Below, piece by piece: positions 7,114 through 17,216 of a DNA stretch of 33,363 nucleotides. The stretch spans positions 1 to 33,363 of the forward strand of contig RFRA01000001.1 in the NCBI GenBank assembly GCA_009924725.1, given 5' to 3'. Below the pieces are notes generated by a model, which saw only the letters and a list, made by a program, of their open reading frames with translations, did not search any database and was not told the DNA's origin. The position numbers were made by a program, and so were the translations under genes. This DNA comes from Actinomycetota bacterium. Its GTDB lineage: Bacteria; Actinomycetota; Actinomycetes; Nanopelagicales; Nanopelagicaceae. Positions within the stretch are counted from its first letter, which is position 1, and the number at the start of each line of letters is the position of its first letter.

Positions 7114-9945
7114 ATGTCAGATACGGTTATCAACCGAGTAGCAGCGAAAGTAAAGCCTGGGAAGGGCCTAACAATCGAACGTATTTACACCACCGAAGGT
7201 GTGCACCCATATGACCAAGTAACTTGGGAGCGCCGCGATGTGGTCCAGACCAACTGGAAAACTGGCGAAACAGTATTTGAACAACGTGGCGTTGAATACG
7301 CTGACTTCTGGTCAGTAAACGCGTCAATGATTGTTACAACAAAGTATTTCCGTGGCGCAGTTGGCCATGAAAACCGTGAATGGTCCTTGAAACAGGTAAT
7401 CGATCGCGTCGTTCTTACCTACACGAAGGCCGGAAGAGAAAACGGTTATTTCAACACTGAACAAGATGCGCAGATCTTCGAGCACGAACTTACCTACATG
7501 TTGCTACACCAGATCTTTAGCTTTAACTCTCCAGTCTGGTTTAACGTTGGCACCAAGGCGCCACAGCAAGTATCAGCATGTTTCATCTTGTCAGTTGATG
7601 ACACCATGGATTCAATTCTTAACTGGTACCGCGAAGAAGGAATGATCTTCAAAGGCGGTTCAGGTGCTGGTCTAAACCTTTCCCGTATTCGCTCGTCAAA
7701 GGAATTGCTTAAGTCAGGTGGCACAGCCTCTGGCCCAGTTTCATTCATGCGCGGTGCTGATGCATCTGCCGGAACAATCAAGTCAGGTGGCGCAACACGT
7801 CGTGCGGCCAAGATGGTTGTTCTAGATGTTGATCATCCAGATATCGAAGAATTCATTGAGACCAAGGTTGCTGAAGAAGACAAGATTCGCGCACTTCGCG
7901 ATGCTGGCTTTGACATGGATCTCGGTGGCAAAGACATTATTTCTGTGCAATATCAGAATGCAAATAACTCAGTTCGTGTTAGCGATGAATTCATGCGCGC
8001 ATACGAGAACGGCACTGGCTTTGGTTTAACTGCGCGTTCAACTGGTGAAGTTATTGAAACAGTTGATGCACGCGCGCTATTCCGCAAGATGGCCGAAGCT
8101 GCATGGGCATGTGCTGATCCAGGAATTCAATATGACGACACCATCAATGATTGGCACACCAATCCTGAGACCGGTCGCATCAATGCATCAAACCCATGTT
8201 CTGAGTACATGTCACTAGATAACTCATCTTGTAACTTGGCTTCCCTTAACTTGATGAAGTTCCTTAAGGAAGATGGTTCATTTGATGCAAAGGGCTTTGC
8301 TCGCTCAGCTGAACTAATCATCACTGCCATGGATATCTCAATCTGTTTCGCAGATTTCCCAACTCAAGCAATCGGTGACACAACTCGTGCATACCGTCAG
8401 CTTGGAATTGGGTATGCCAACCTAGGCGCGCTACTTATGGCATCAGGTCTTGCATATGACTCAGAAGGTGGCCGCGCTCTAGCTGGTGCGATTACTTCAT
8501 TGATGACAGGTGTTACCTACAAGCGCTCAGCTGAACTAGCTGGCATTGTTGGTGCATACGATGGTTTCGCACAGAACGCTAAGCCACATGCTCGCGTAAT
8601 GCGCAAGCACGCGGCTGCATCATCATCTGCTAAGTCAATGACAACGCTTGATAAAGATGTTTGGGCCGAAGCAAACAAGGCTTGGGATGCCTGTCTTTCA
8701 ACTGGCGATAAAAACGGCTGGCGTAACGCACAGATCTCTGTGCTTGCCCCAACTGGCACCATCGGCCTAATGATGGATTGCGATACAACTGGTATCGAAC
8801 CTGACTTTTCACTAGTTAAGTTCAAGAAGCTAGTTGGCGGCGGTTCAATGCAGATCGTGAACCAAACTGTTCCAGCTGCGCTAAAGAAGCTTGGCTATGC
8901 CGATGAAACCATCGAAGCAATCGTTGAATTCATTGCAAACAACGGACACGTCATTGACGCGCCTGGCCTAAAGCAAGAGCACTACGACGTATTCGATTGT
9001 GCACTAGGTGCACGATCAATCGCGCCAATGGGCCACGTTCGCATGATGGCTGCTTGCCAGCCATTCCTATCAGGTGCGATCTCAAAGACCGTTAACCTGC
9101 CAGAAGATGCAACAGTTGAAGATGTTGAAGAGGTTTACTACGAGAGCTGGAAGATGGGCATCAAGGCACTTGCCGTTTACCGCGACAATTGCAAGGTTGG
9201 TCAACCGTTATCTGATGGCAAGGCAAAGAAGAAGGAAGTTGAAGTAGAAGCTGTGGCACCTGCCGCTGCAACACGTAAGCGCCTTCCAAAGTCACGTCCA
9301 TCAACTACAACATCATTTGCTGTTGGCGGCGCTGAGGGTTACATGACTTCAGGTGCATACGCCGATGGCGCTCTTGGCGAAGTATTCCTAAAGCTAGGCA
9401 AGCAAGGTTCAACACTTGCCGGCGTAATGGATGCCTTCTCAATTGCGGTATCAATTGGTTTGCAATACGGCGTACCGCTAGAGACTTTCGTAGAGAAGTT
9501 CACTAACTTGCGCTTCGAGCCAGCTGGTATGACTGATGATCAAGATATTCGTATGGCGCAATCAATGATGGATTACATCTTCCGTCGTCTAGCACTTGAT
9601 TACCTGCCATTTGAAACTCGCAGTGCAATGGGTCTATACACATCAGCAGAGCGCACACGCGCCCTAGAAACCGGTGAATACACCCCAGATGTTGCAGCAG
9701 TGACCGAGACCTTGTCTCAGTCAGCGGCTCCTGCCGCAGTTGCCCCAGCAGCACCAGCTGCCAATGTTCAAGATGTGAAGATTGAAGAAGCACCACGTGC
9801 TTACAACTCTTCAACTGAACTAATGGAAGCAATTACCGGTGTGGCATCCGATGCTCCGCTATGCATGACTTGCGGTGTGAAGATGCGTGCCTCAGGTGCG
9901 TGCTACGTCTGCGAAGGCTGCGGCAACACCTCAGGCTGCAGCTAA
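7114..9945 (+). CDS. nrdJ: Class II (adenosylcobalamin-dependent) ribonucleotide reductase
   Basis: FNSPVWFNVG..QVSACFI, ASNPCSEY (thiyl Cys/Glu), APTGTIG, GAISKTVN, TSCPD-type domain and terminal CxxC..CxxC..GC. Start ATG 7114 after GGAG. Confidence 0.96.
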   Translation: MSDTVINRVAAKVKPGKGLTIERIYTTEGVHPYDQVTWERRDVVQTNWKTGETVFEQRGVEYADFWSVNASMIVTTKYFRGAVGHENREWSLKQVIDRVVLTYTKAGRENGYFNTEQDAQIFEHELTYMLLHQIFSFNSPVWFNVGTKAPQQVSACFILSVDDTMDSILNWYREEGMIFKGGSGAGLNLSRIRSSKELLKSGGTASGPVSFMRGADASAGTIKSGGATRRAAKMVVLDVDHPDIEEFIETKVAEEDKIRALRDAGFDMDLGGKDIISVQYQNANNSVRVSDEFMRAYENGTGFGLTARSTGEVIETVDARALFRKMAEAAWACADPGIQYDDTINDWHTNPETGRINASNPCSEYMSLDNSSCNLASLNLMKFLKEDGSFDAKGFARSAELIITAMDISICFADFPTQAIGDTTRAYRQLGIGYANLGALLMASGLAYDSEGGRALAGAITSLMTGVTYKRSAELAGIVGAYDGFAQNAKPHARVMRKHAAASSSAKSMTTLDKDVWAEANKAWDACLSTGDKNGWRNAQISVLAPTGTIGLMMDCDTTGIEPDFSLVKFKKLVGGGSMQIVNQTVPAALKKLGYADETIEAIVEFIANNGHVIDAPGLKQEHYDVFDCALGARSIAPMGHVRMMAACQPFLSGAISKTVNLPEDATVEDVEEVYYESWKMGIKALAVYRDNCKVGQPLSDGKAKKKEVEVEAVAPAAATRKRLPKSRPSTTTSFAVGGAEGYMTSGAYADGALGEVFLKLGKQGSTLAGVMDAFSIAVSIGLQYGVPLETFVEKFTNLRFEPAGMTDDQDIRMAQSMMDYIFRRLALDYLPFETRSAMGLYTSAERTRALETGEYTPDVAAVTETLSQSAAPAAVAPAAPAANVQDVKIEEAPRAYNSSTELMEAITGVASDAPLCMTCGVKMRASGACYVCEGCGNTSGCS

Positions 9946-10004
9946 GACACGCTGATCTAAATGAAAGGTTTAGGGTTTAAAACCCACTAAACTTTTCCCA
10001 TATT

Positions 10005-10051
10005 AAAGAAACTACCTTCGCGGGTTATCCGGTTCGCGAGGGTTTTTCTTT
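10005..10051 (+). terminator. Probable intrinsic terminator after nrdJ
   Basis: ccttcgcggg...ttcgcgaggg stem followed by tttttcttt and preceded by an A-rich tract. A second hairpin lies at about 9963-9997. Confidence 0.7.
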
Positions 10052-10081
10052 GCCCAAAAACGACTCTGTTAATATTTCAAG

Positions 10082-10906
10082 ATGGCTAGCGAGATTGAGT
10101 ATTTCATTGAGGGCGTAAGCAGCCCCGTGCGCCGACTTAATATTGGTGCGCGCACAATTGAATACTGGGCACCTGAGACAGCCACAGATCGAATTCTCAT
10201 CGCCCACGATGGTCAATGTATTTTTGATACCAGAACAGCTAAGAAATCAACAACATGGGAGTTAGCTCAAAACTCGATCAAGGTAGCGGCAGAACTAAAT
10301 GTGACGCCACCTTTGATTATTGGTATTTGGCATCAAGGGCAAGTGGGGGATTCAGTTGCTCGTGGTCTTGATCTTTCACCAGATAGTTACTTTAAATCAG
10401 GCATTCCGCTCTTTCCGAAGAATGGTCCATTTGATATCAGCGCAACAAAGGGCGATATATATTTAAATGAGATTTTTAATTCATACCTTCCCGAAGTTTT
10501 AAGTCGCACGAATGCTGCTTATTCACCTGAGAAAACAGCAATGATCGGTGCCAGCAGAGGCGGGCTCAGTACGTTGTATGCACTCAAGGACCACTCAGAA
10601 AAGTTTCATACTGCGCTGGCCCATTCCACACATTGGACTATTGGTAAATACCCGCTTGTTGAATTAACGGTTGCTGGCTTGCCCGAGCCGGGCAAACATA
10701 AAATTTGGATGGCTCATGGCACTCAAGGATTTGATTCAGAGTATGGCGAGTTTCAAAATCATGCTCATAAGCTGTTAATTGATAAGGGATATTCATTCGA
10801 TCGCGATTTAGCTTTCACTCTTTATGAAGGGGCGGCGCACACCGAATCTGCCTGGGCTGCCCAAGCAGGAGATTCTCTTCGTTTTTGGATAAACAAATCG
10901 TTATAA
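10082..10906 (+). CDS. Alpha/beta-hydrolase esterase (Fes/IroE-like putative esterase family)
   Basis: HDGQ motif, nucleophile elbow GASRGG, C-terminal GAAHTESAW catalytic His. Confidence 0.85.
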   Translation: MASEIEYFIEGVSSPVRRLNIGARTIEYWAPETATDRILIAHDGQCIFDTRTAKKSTTWELAQNSIKVAAELNVTPPLIIGIWHQGQVGDSVARGLDLSPDSYFKSGIPLFPKNGPFDISATKGDIYLNEIFNSYLPEVLSRTNAAYSPEKTAMIGASRGGLSTLYALKDHSEKFHTALAHSTHWTIGKYPLVELTVAGLPEPGKHKIWMAHGTQGFDSEYGEFQNHAHKLLIDKGYSFDRDLAFTLYEGAAHTESAWAAQAGDSLRFWINKSL

Positions 10907-10934
10907 AAATATCGTTGCGAAATCTCTAAATCTC

Positions 10935-10982
10935 TTGACTTAGGCATACCCCAGCACTAACTTACTGTAAACGTTTACAGTA
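10935..10982 (+). promoter_or_regulatory. Sigma-A promoter with overlapping LacI-family operator
   Basis: TTGACT (10935-10940), 17 nt, TAACTT (10958-10963). Perfect 20-bp palindrome TACTGTAAACGTTTACAGTA (10963-10982) with the central CG typical of LacI operators. Confidence 0.85.
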
Positions 10983-10997
10983 GGAAGGAGCAGGGCG

Positions 10998-11999
10998 ATG
11001 ACTCGAAGCAATAAAACCAGAGCAACGATGCATGATGTCGCCCGCGAGGCTAATGTCTCTATTGCTTCAGTTTCACGCTTTATTAATGGCCAGACTGTTC
11101 GAGAAGAGATCGAACCAAGAATTACGAAAGCTATATCAGCCCTAAATTTTAAGCCAAATTCAGCAGGTAGAGCTTTGCGAGCAAGTAAAACTCAGCAAAT
11201 CTGCCTTTCGGTGCCTGATATTTCTAACCCGGTTTATCAAACAATTACTAAAGGTGTTCAGAACATTCTGAATAAAACTGATTACCGCTTGATGTTAGCG
11301 CCACGAAACTTATCAGTAGAAGAAAATCTAGCTTTGATCGATTCACTCGATTCCAATTATGCCGATGGCTTTATCTTTCTATCTTTAGTGGATGATCCAA
11401 GAATTAGAAAAGCCTTCATGAAATTAAGTATTCCGGCTGTAGTAATTGGTAACGTCGAAGTACATGAAGAAGTAGACACGATAAAAGTTGCCTCAGGCGC
11501 AGTAGAACTAGCTCTTGCCTATCTGGTCAATAAGTATGGCGGAGATGTTCTCTTCTTAAATGGTCCATCTTCTACAATTCCTGGACGAAATAGAAAGAAA
11601 GGCTTCCTTGAAGCCATGCAAAGCCGTGGGATAGATGGCACCAAGCATGTGGTTGAAGCTGAAAGTTTTAACGTTGAAGCTGGTCTGTCAGCTCTGGGTA
11701 AAGTTAAAAACATCAGCACATACCGCTCGATTATCTGCGCTAACGACTTGTTAGCAGCGGCAGCCTTGCGTTTTCTATCGACTTTGAAAATTGATGTTCC
11801 AAATAAAATTGCAGTTATAGGAATTGATAATACTGATTTAGCAAGCGTTCTCAGCCCAGCCTTAACTTCGATCGACTATAAGTCTGAGTTTCGCGGCGAG
11901 CTGGCCGCCAAGTTCATTTTAGATCGATTGAACGATCCGACTACGGCTTATCGAAAGATCAGTATTGCTCCAGAATTAGTGGAACGGGAATCGGCATGA
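10998..11999 (+). CDS. LacI-family transcriptional regulator
   Basis: ATMHDVAREANVSIASVSRFIN HTH and a sugar-binding domain (ICANDLLA, VIGIDN, PALTSI). Confidence 0.95.
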   Translation: MTRSNKTRATMHDVAREANVSIASVSRFINGQTVREEIEPRITKAISALNFKPNSAGRALRASKTQQICLSVPDISNPVYQTITKGVQNILNKTDYRLMLAPRNLSVEENLALIDSLDSNYADGFIFLSLVDDPRIRKAFMKLSIPAVVIGNVEVHEEVDTIKVASGAVELALAYLVNKYGGDVLFLNGPSSTIPGRNRKKGFLEAMQSRGIDGTKHVVEAESFNVEAGLSALGKVKNISTYRSIICANDLLAAAALRFLSTLKIDVPNKIAVIGIDNTDLASVLSPALTSIDYKSEFRGELAAKFILDRLNDPTTAYRKISIAPELVERESA

Positions 12000-12892
12000 C
12001 AAAGCGAATCTCGACAATTAAGAATCAAGACAGATCAGTCAAGATTCTGCTTGCTCCACTGCTCGTTTTAATTATTTTGGTGAGCACGGTCCCAATTATT
12101 CTTTCGGTATTAGCCGCCTTCACTGACTGGGTAGCTGGAATTGATGTCGACATCAATTTTGTTGGTCTTGCCAACTTCAAATACATGCTGACAGATATGC
12201 AGTTTTTTGCCTCATTTAAACTCGGTTTGATCTGGTCTATTCTGGTGACAGTTCTAACCACAATTATGGGTGTGTGTGTCGCACTGCTGCTGAATCAAAA
12301 TAAGCGCTACATGTTTCCATTGAAGTTGTTAGCACTTTCCCCTTGGGCAATGTCGCCACCAGCAATTGCCGTTATCTGGATTACTTTAATGAACGTTAAT
12401 AGCGGGCCATTTAATGTGATTCTTAGAAAACTCAATGTTCCGGCTGGCAAAATTGGTTTTCTGGAAGATCCAACGCTCTTCTTCCCGACCTTACTTGTGA
12501 TTGGCGCGTGGGCCTTGATGCCCATGATCACTTTGTCCGCGTTAGCCTCTTTAAAAATACTCTCCCGCGAACTTTCAGAAGCTATGGATATTGATGGCGT
12601 TACTCCGCTTCAAAAACTACGACATTTGATTCTTCCGCACCTGCGCCCGGTATTGGTACCGTTATTTGCGTTAAACCTGATTTGGAACTTTGGCGCATTC
12701 GATTTGATTTATGTGATTCTGGGTTCGTTCCCACCACCAAATTCGGAAATTCCAATTGTTTTCGCATTTAGACAAGCATTTAAATATGGACAGTTTGGAT
12801 ATGCAAGTGCGTTAGGTGTGACTATTGCGCTATTTGAACTAGTTCTTGTCTATGCGATTTTGAGGAAGCAGATGCGAGAGAGCAATCAATGA
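11996..12892 (+). CDS. Carbohydrate (CUT1) ABC transporter permease, MalF/UgpA-like
   Basis: Multiple TM helices, FVGLANF, EAA-like loop ELSEAMDIDG, FGYASA. ATGA overlap with the LacI gene. Confidence 0.92.
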   Translation: MTKRISTIKNQDRSVKILLAPLLVLIILVSTVPIILSVLAAFTDWVAGIDVDINFVGLANFKYMLTDMQFFASFKLGLIWSILVTVLTTIMGVCVALLLNQNKRYMFPLKLLALSPWAMSPPAIAVIWITLMNVNSGPFNVILRKLNVPAGKIGFLEDPTLFFPTLLVIGAWALMPMITLSALASLKILSRELSEAMDIDGVTPLQKLRHLILPHLRPVLVPLFALNLIWNFGAFDLIYVILGSFPPPNSEIPIVFAFRQAFKYGQFGYASALGVTIALFELVLVYAILRKQMRESNQ

Positions 12893-13704
12893 AAACTTTA
12901 AGAGTAATCGGCACCGTATTCTTTACCATCTTCTTTGGACTGCCGCTTTTTTGGCTGGTTTCCACCTCTCTTAAACAAGAATTACAAATCGGCAGTAGTG
13001 ATTTGATCTGGTTCCCGACTAAGCCAGATTGGGCAAATTACTCCGAAGCGGTAAATCGCAGCGGAATCTTGGTTGCGGCTTGGAATAGCTTATGGATTTC
13101 AACGGTTTCTGCTTTTATTACCACCGCTGTGACAGCCCCTGCGGCTTACTTAGTTGCACAATCAAAAGGCTGGTTTTCAAAGGTGGCAACTGGCTGGGTT
13201 TTGAGTTCTCAAGTCTTCCCATCAATTTTGACAGTTTTCCCGCTCTTTTTGATCTATGTGAAAATTGGCCTATTTAATACTTTTACCGGAGCCATCATCC
13301 TTTACGTTATTTTCAATTTGCCGTTTTCACTATGGCTACAGCGCGGCTTTGTTAAGAATGTTCCAACCGAAATTCTAGAAGCTGGCAGAATCGATGGCGC
13401 ATCTGGACTCAAAGTACTTCGTTATGTGGTCCTGCCGTTGATCCTGCCCGGCTCAATTGTGGTCTTTATTTATGCCTTTATTAACACCTGGAATAACTTC
13501 CTGGTTGCGACTGTGTTCTTGCAAGGAAATGAGAAGCAAACTCTCACTACCCAATTAGCAAGATTTATCGGAACGGAGGGGTTGGGTTTATTCGGACCAT
13601 TTGCTGCAGCGACTGTGCTCTCAGTAATACCGACTCTTCTTCTGTTCATAGTGCTACAACGAAAATTCACAGCTAACTTGGTCGCAGGTGCGGTCAAGAG
13701 TTAG
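12889..13704 (+). CDS. Carbohydrate (CUT1) ABC transporter permease, MalG/UgpE-like
   Basis: EAA loop VPTEILEAGRIDGAS, WNNFL, six TM helices. Confidence 0.93.
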   Translation: MKTLRVIGTVFFTIFFGLPLFWLVSTSLKQELQIGSSDLIWFPTKPDWANYSEAVNRSGILVAAWNSLWISTVSAFITTAVTAPAAYLVAQSKGWFSKVATGWVLSSQVFPSILTVFPLFLIYVKIGLFNTFTGAIILYVIFNLPFSLWLQRGFVKNVPTEILEAGRIDGASGLKVLRYVVLPLILPGSIVVFIYAFINTWNNFLVATVFLQGNEKQTLTTQLARFIGTEGLGLFGPFAAATVLSVIPTLLLFIVLQRKFTANLVAGAVKS

Positions 13705-13742
13705 TCGTGATGTTTTAAAAACCAACCAATGTAGGGGGAGAA

Positions 13743-15014
13743 ATGAAGCAAAGTCGCTTTAATGCAAAAGCTAAGCTTTTGTCTTTGGCAGCTATTGGTG
13801 CAATTTCAATAGCGACACTAGTGCCGGTGCAGTCTGCATCAGCAGCCCAGGAACTTCGATTCATGTCGTGGGCCTGGCAAGAACCACATATAGCTGTACT
13901 AAAGAATTTAGTCGCACAGTGGAATAAGGCAAATCCAAGCATTCCAGTAAAGCTTGAACTAGTTGATGAAGAGGGTCTTTATACTCAACTTTCAACTGGC
14001 TTCCTAGCCGGAACTGCGCCAGATGTGATTGACACTGAAGCGGCAGCAGCACTTCAATATGCAAAGAGCGGATATTTGTATAACCTCGCTCCGGATTTTC
14101 GTTACTTGCAGAAGGAAATTAATCCAGGAATCTGGACAACTGCGAGCTACAAAGCCAAGTTGTTTGGCGCGCCGTGGATGATTGAGCAATACATTCCAGT
14201 AGCAAACGTTGATCTTTTCAAGAAGCTTGGCGTAGCCGTTCCAAAGCCAACCGATACTTTAACTTGGGATGACCTTCGCGCGCTTGCAAAGAAGGTTACT
14301 ACAGCCGATATGTCAGGAATTGGCGTCGGACTTGGTTCAGCAGCGAAGTTGACCATGGTTATGGGTCCAACAGTCGGTGCAAAGTACTTCACAGGTGTTA
14401 CAACAGGAGCGAAGGCCCGTCTAATTCAGGGCGATGCTGAACTTCAAATCGTTAAGACAATCAATGACATGATCCAAGTTGATAAGAGCATGAGCAGCAA
14501 GTACGTAAGTACTAGCCCTCAGACTGACTTCCTTAACGGAAAGTTGCCGATTTGGTTCACAAAGAACTCATTGGCTAACACCATCGATTTGCAATCAGAT
14601 ATCAAGTACCAATACCTACCAATGATTTCAGGTAGCGGCGGAGCTGCTCAAGCTCCTACTGCAGGAATCTATGCAGTAAGTGCACAAAGCAAGCAAACTA
14701 AGAATTCAGTTAAGTTCGTTAAGTTCTTAATGGAAGCTCAGAATCTTGCTCAGACAAATATTGCTGTTGGTGGATCTATTCCAGGTACAGCAAGCGGACA
14801 AGCAGCAGTAAAGGCGCTTAAGAAAGATGCAAACTGGCAGTTCACCATGAGCCAAGGTGCAAATCTAACAACAGCCCCATTCTTGTTCGTGCCACAGTGG
14901 GAAGCTTGGAAGGGCTCCTTCCAGAACCCACAAGCTAAATTGCTTTATACCGGCAAGATAACTCTTGATGAGTATAAGAAAGCAATAACAAATGGCTGGA
15001 ATGGTCTCCGTTAA
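13743..15014 (+). CDS. Carbohydrate ABC transporter substrate-binding protein
   Basis: Signal peptide ending ASA, FMSWAWQ, WNKANPSIPVK, AGTAPDVI, TWDDLRALAKK (SBP_bac_1/8-like). Confidence 0.9.
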   Translation: MKQSRFNAKAKLLSLAAIGAISIATLVPVQSASAAQELRFMSWAWQEPHIAVLKNLVAQWNKANPSIPVKLELVDEEGLYTQLSTGFLAGTAPDVIDTEAAAALQYAKSGYLYNLAPDFRYLQKEINPGIWTTASYKAKLFGAPWMIEQYIPVANVDLFKKLGVAVPKPTDTLTWDDLRALAKKVTTADMSGIGVGLGSAAKLTMVMGPTVGAKYFTGVTTGAKARLIQGDAELQIVKTINDMIQVDKSMSSKYVSTSPQTDFLNGKLPIWFTKNSLANTIDLQSDIKYQYLPMISGSGGAAQAPTAGIYAVSAQSKQTKNSVKFVKFLMEAQNLAQTNIAVGGSIPGTASGQAAVKALKKDANWQFTMSQGANLTTAPFLFVPQWEAWKGSFQNPQAKLLYTGKITLDEYKKAITNGWNGLR

Positions 15015-15035
15015 AGACTAAAACATATCTAGAAC

Positions 15036-15071
15036 GTCCCCAAGGCCAGACTAAAGCCTGGCCTTGGGGAC
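15036..15071 (+). other. Intercistronic stem-loop (14-bp perfect stem, no U-tract)
   Basis: GTCCCCAAGGCCAG-actaaagc-CTGGCCTTGGGGAC. Confidence 0.8.
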
Positions 15072-15092
15072 ACTAAATAACTTGGAGACTAA

Positions 15093-16235
15093 ATGTTTGA
15101 AAGTAAGGTTAGAGGCGTAATTGCTGGCGCTGCCGTTGGCGACGCACTCGGTGGAACCACAGAGGGATTTAGCCCCGAGCAAATTAAGACTCGTTATGGC
15201 GGGTATGTCGAGGGCATTGAGGGTCCGTTTCATCCTGACTTTGAAACGTTTCGACCACTTTCGCCTTACCATAAAGGCGACGGACACATAACTGACGATA
15301 CTTTAATGACCGAGTCATTGATTTCGGTCTATGAACTAGTAGCTGATCATCTTGATGCGTTTACATTCGCTAAATACATAATTCCTGAGATGATAGAGAA
15401 GTTCAGATATATACCTGAACTTGGAAAAGAAACACTTTTAGTACATCGAGTTTTTTATGCCGAAAAATGGTTAGTACAAAGACTTCACTTCGGTCACGTT
15501 GACCCACGTGAAGCCGGCGTTGGCAACATGGTTAATTGTGGTGCAGCTATGTATATGAGCCCGGTTGGCGTAGTAAATGCTGCCGACCCAGTTGGTGCTT
15601 ATAAAGAAGCAATTGAAATTGCGGGCGCACATCAATCTAGTTTTGGTCGCGAAGCCGCCGGAGTATTTGCCGCTTGCGTTGCTCAATCTTTCGTATTCGG
15701 AACTACAGTTAAAGACATTGTCGAATGTTCGATAGATCTAGCAAATGATGGAACCAAGAGAGCAATTGAGGCAGTTGTGAAGGCTGCTGAAGGCGTATCA
15801 GACTGGAAAGCGGCAATACCTGTATTACGTCAAGCTTTCAGACCATTTGATACTTTAGAAGATGAATATCGAGTACATGGTGATGATGCTAGAAAACCAA
15901 GCCGATTACTTGCGATTGAAGAATTGCCTATAGCGATAGGCATGTTCGCTGTTGCTGGGGGAGACTTTAGAAAGAGCGTTCTTGGTGGCGTTAACTATGG
16001 TCGCGACTCTGACTCAATTGCGACAATGGCAGGCTCGATAGCTGGTGGCCTAAATGGAATCGAGAACATTCCAAGTGATTGGTTAAGTGATATTGAAAAA
16101 GCTAGCCGCAGAGACTTTTCGCAATCTGCCGACAAACTTTCAAATATTGCTAGAGCCATTGGCAAAAAGGATGCTGATAAAGCCAGAGCAACGCTAAGCG
16201 CCCGGGAATTATTATTTTCAAATAAGGGGAACTAA
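15093..16235 (+). CDS. ADP-ribosylglycohydrolase (ARH/DraG) family protein 1
   Basis: GAAVGDALG, ITDDT, NCGAAM, GRDSDSIATMAG motifs. Confidence 0.93.
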   Translation: MFESKVRGVIAGAAVGDALGGTTEGFSPEQIKTRYGGYVEGIEGPFHPDFETFRPLSPYHKGDGHITDDTLMTESLISVYELVADHLDAFTFAKYIIPEMIEKFRYIPELGKETLLVHRVFYAEKWLVQRLHFGHVDPREAGVGNMVNCGAAMYMSPVGVVNAADPVGAYKEAIEIAGAHQSSFGREAAGVFAACVAQSFVFGTTVKDIVECSIDLANDGTKRAIEAVVKAAEGVSDWKAAIPVLRQAFRPFDTLEDEYRVHGDDARKPSRLLAIEELPIAIGMFAVAGGDFRKSVLGGVNYGRDSDSIATMAGSIAGGLNGIENIPSDWLSDIEKASRRDFSQSADKLSNIARAIGKKDADKARATLSARELLFSNKGN

Positions 16236-17216
16236 TTGAGTCAGCAACTTGATCGGGCACGAGGCTCGATGGCTGGGTTGGCAATTGGCGATGCGTTAGG
16301 CAGGCCAGTTGAGGGAATGTCTTATCAAGCAATCCGTGAGAAATACGGAGCGATTGATGACTTTGTAAATCTCGAACCAGCAGGTAGTGATGACACTGAA
16401 TATGCACTGCTAACCGCGTCGGCACTACTGCAGTATGGAATTAACATCACCGCCGAAGACTTTGCCAATGTTTGGAAATCAAAAGTCTGCACGCAGACGG
16501 CGGCATTTCTAGGCGCTGGCTTTAGTGAGATGAATGCGATTCAAAACTTAAAAATTGGGCTAATGCCACCATTTTCTGGCCAACATAACCATGCCTGGAG
16601 CGATGGCTTAGCTATGCGAGTAGCGCCAATCGGCGTTCTAGCAAATGGCGATATTGCGGCCGCTAAGCGAATGGCAATAGCCGATGGCGAAGTAAGTCAC
16701 TCCGGCGAAGGCATTCATTCGGGTATTGCAATTGCCGTTGCAGTTACTAGCGGCATGGTGGGCAAGGGTTACCTGGAAGTTTATTCAGATGCCCTTAATT
16801 CAGTACCTAAAGATTCTTGGACATACCGAAATTTGGTAGATGCTCAAAATATCTTGAACGAAAATGTCAACGAAACGCTTTTTGTAAATGCTGAGAAATT
16901 GTTAGAAAAAGTGGCACAAACTAAGTACTTTTTCGCTGACTTGGCGCCCGAAGCAGTATCACTTGCGCTGGCATCTGTTCTTTATGGCAAGGGTGACTTT
17001 GCAAAATCATTGTTATTCGCAGTAAACCTAGGTCGAGATGCCGACACCATCGCTGCAATGGCAGGCGCGGTAGCTGGTTCAATATCTGGCTATAAAAATA
17101 TTCCAGATAAATGGAAGGTTGCAGTAACAAGTGTTGGTGGCTCGTGCTTGGCATTTACCAAAGGCATGGAACCGCTAGGTGTTGCGGATTCACTAGTAGA
17201 GATTGGTAACAAGTGA
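16236..17216 (+). CDS. ADP-ribosylglycohydrolase family protein 2
   Basis: GLAIGDALG, GSDDTE, SDGLAMRVAP, GRDADTIAAMAG. TTG start abuts the previous stop. Confidence 0.93.
   Translation: MSQQLDRARGSMAGLAIGDALGRPVEGMSYQAIREKYGAIDDFVNLEPAGSDDTEYALLTASALLQYGINITAEDFANVWKSKVCTQTAAFLGAGFSEMNAIQNLKIGLMPPFSGQHNHAWSDGLAMRVAPIGVLANGDIAAAKRMAIADGEVSHSGEGIHSGIAIAVAVTSGMVGKGYLEVYSDALNSVPKDSWTYRNLVDAQNILNENVNETLFVNAEKLLEKVAQTKYFFADLAPEAVSLALASVLYGKGDFAKSLLFAVNLGRDADTIAAMAGAVAGSISGYKNIPDKWKVAVTSVGGSCLAFTKGMEPLGVADSLVEIGNK

Noticed and set aside
7114-9945. Intein or intron in nrdJ
   Set aside because: The ORF is uninterrupted, of ordinary length, and shows no splicing or homing-endonuclease motifs.
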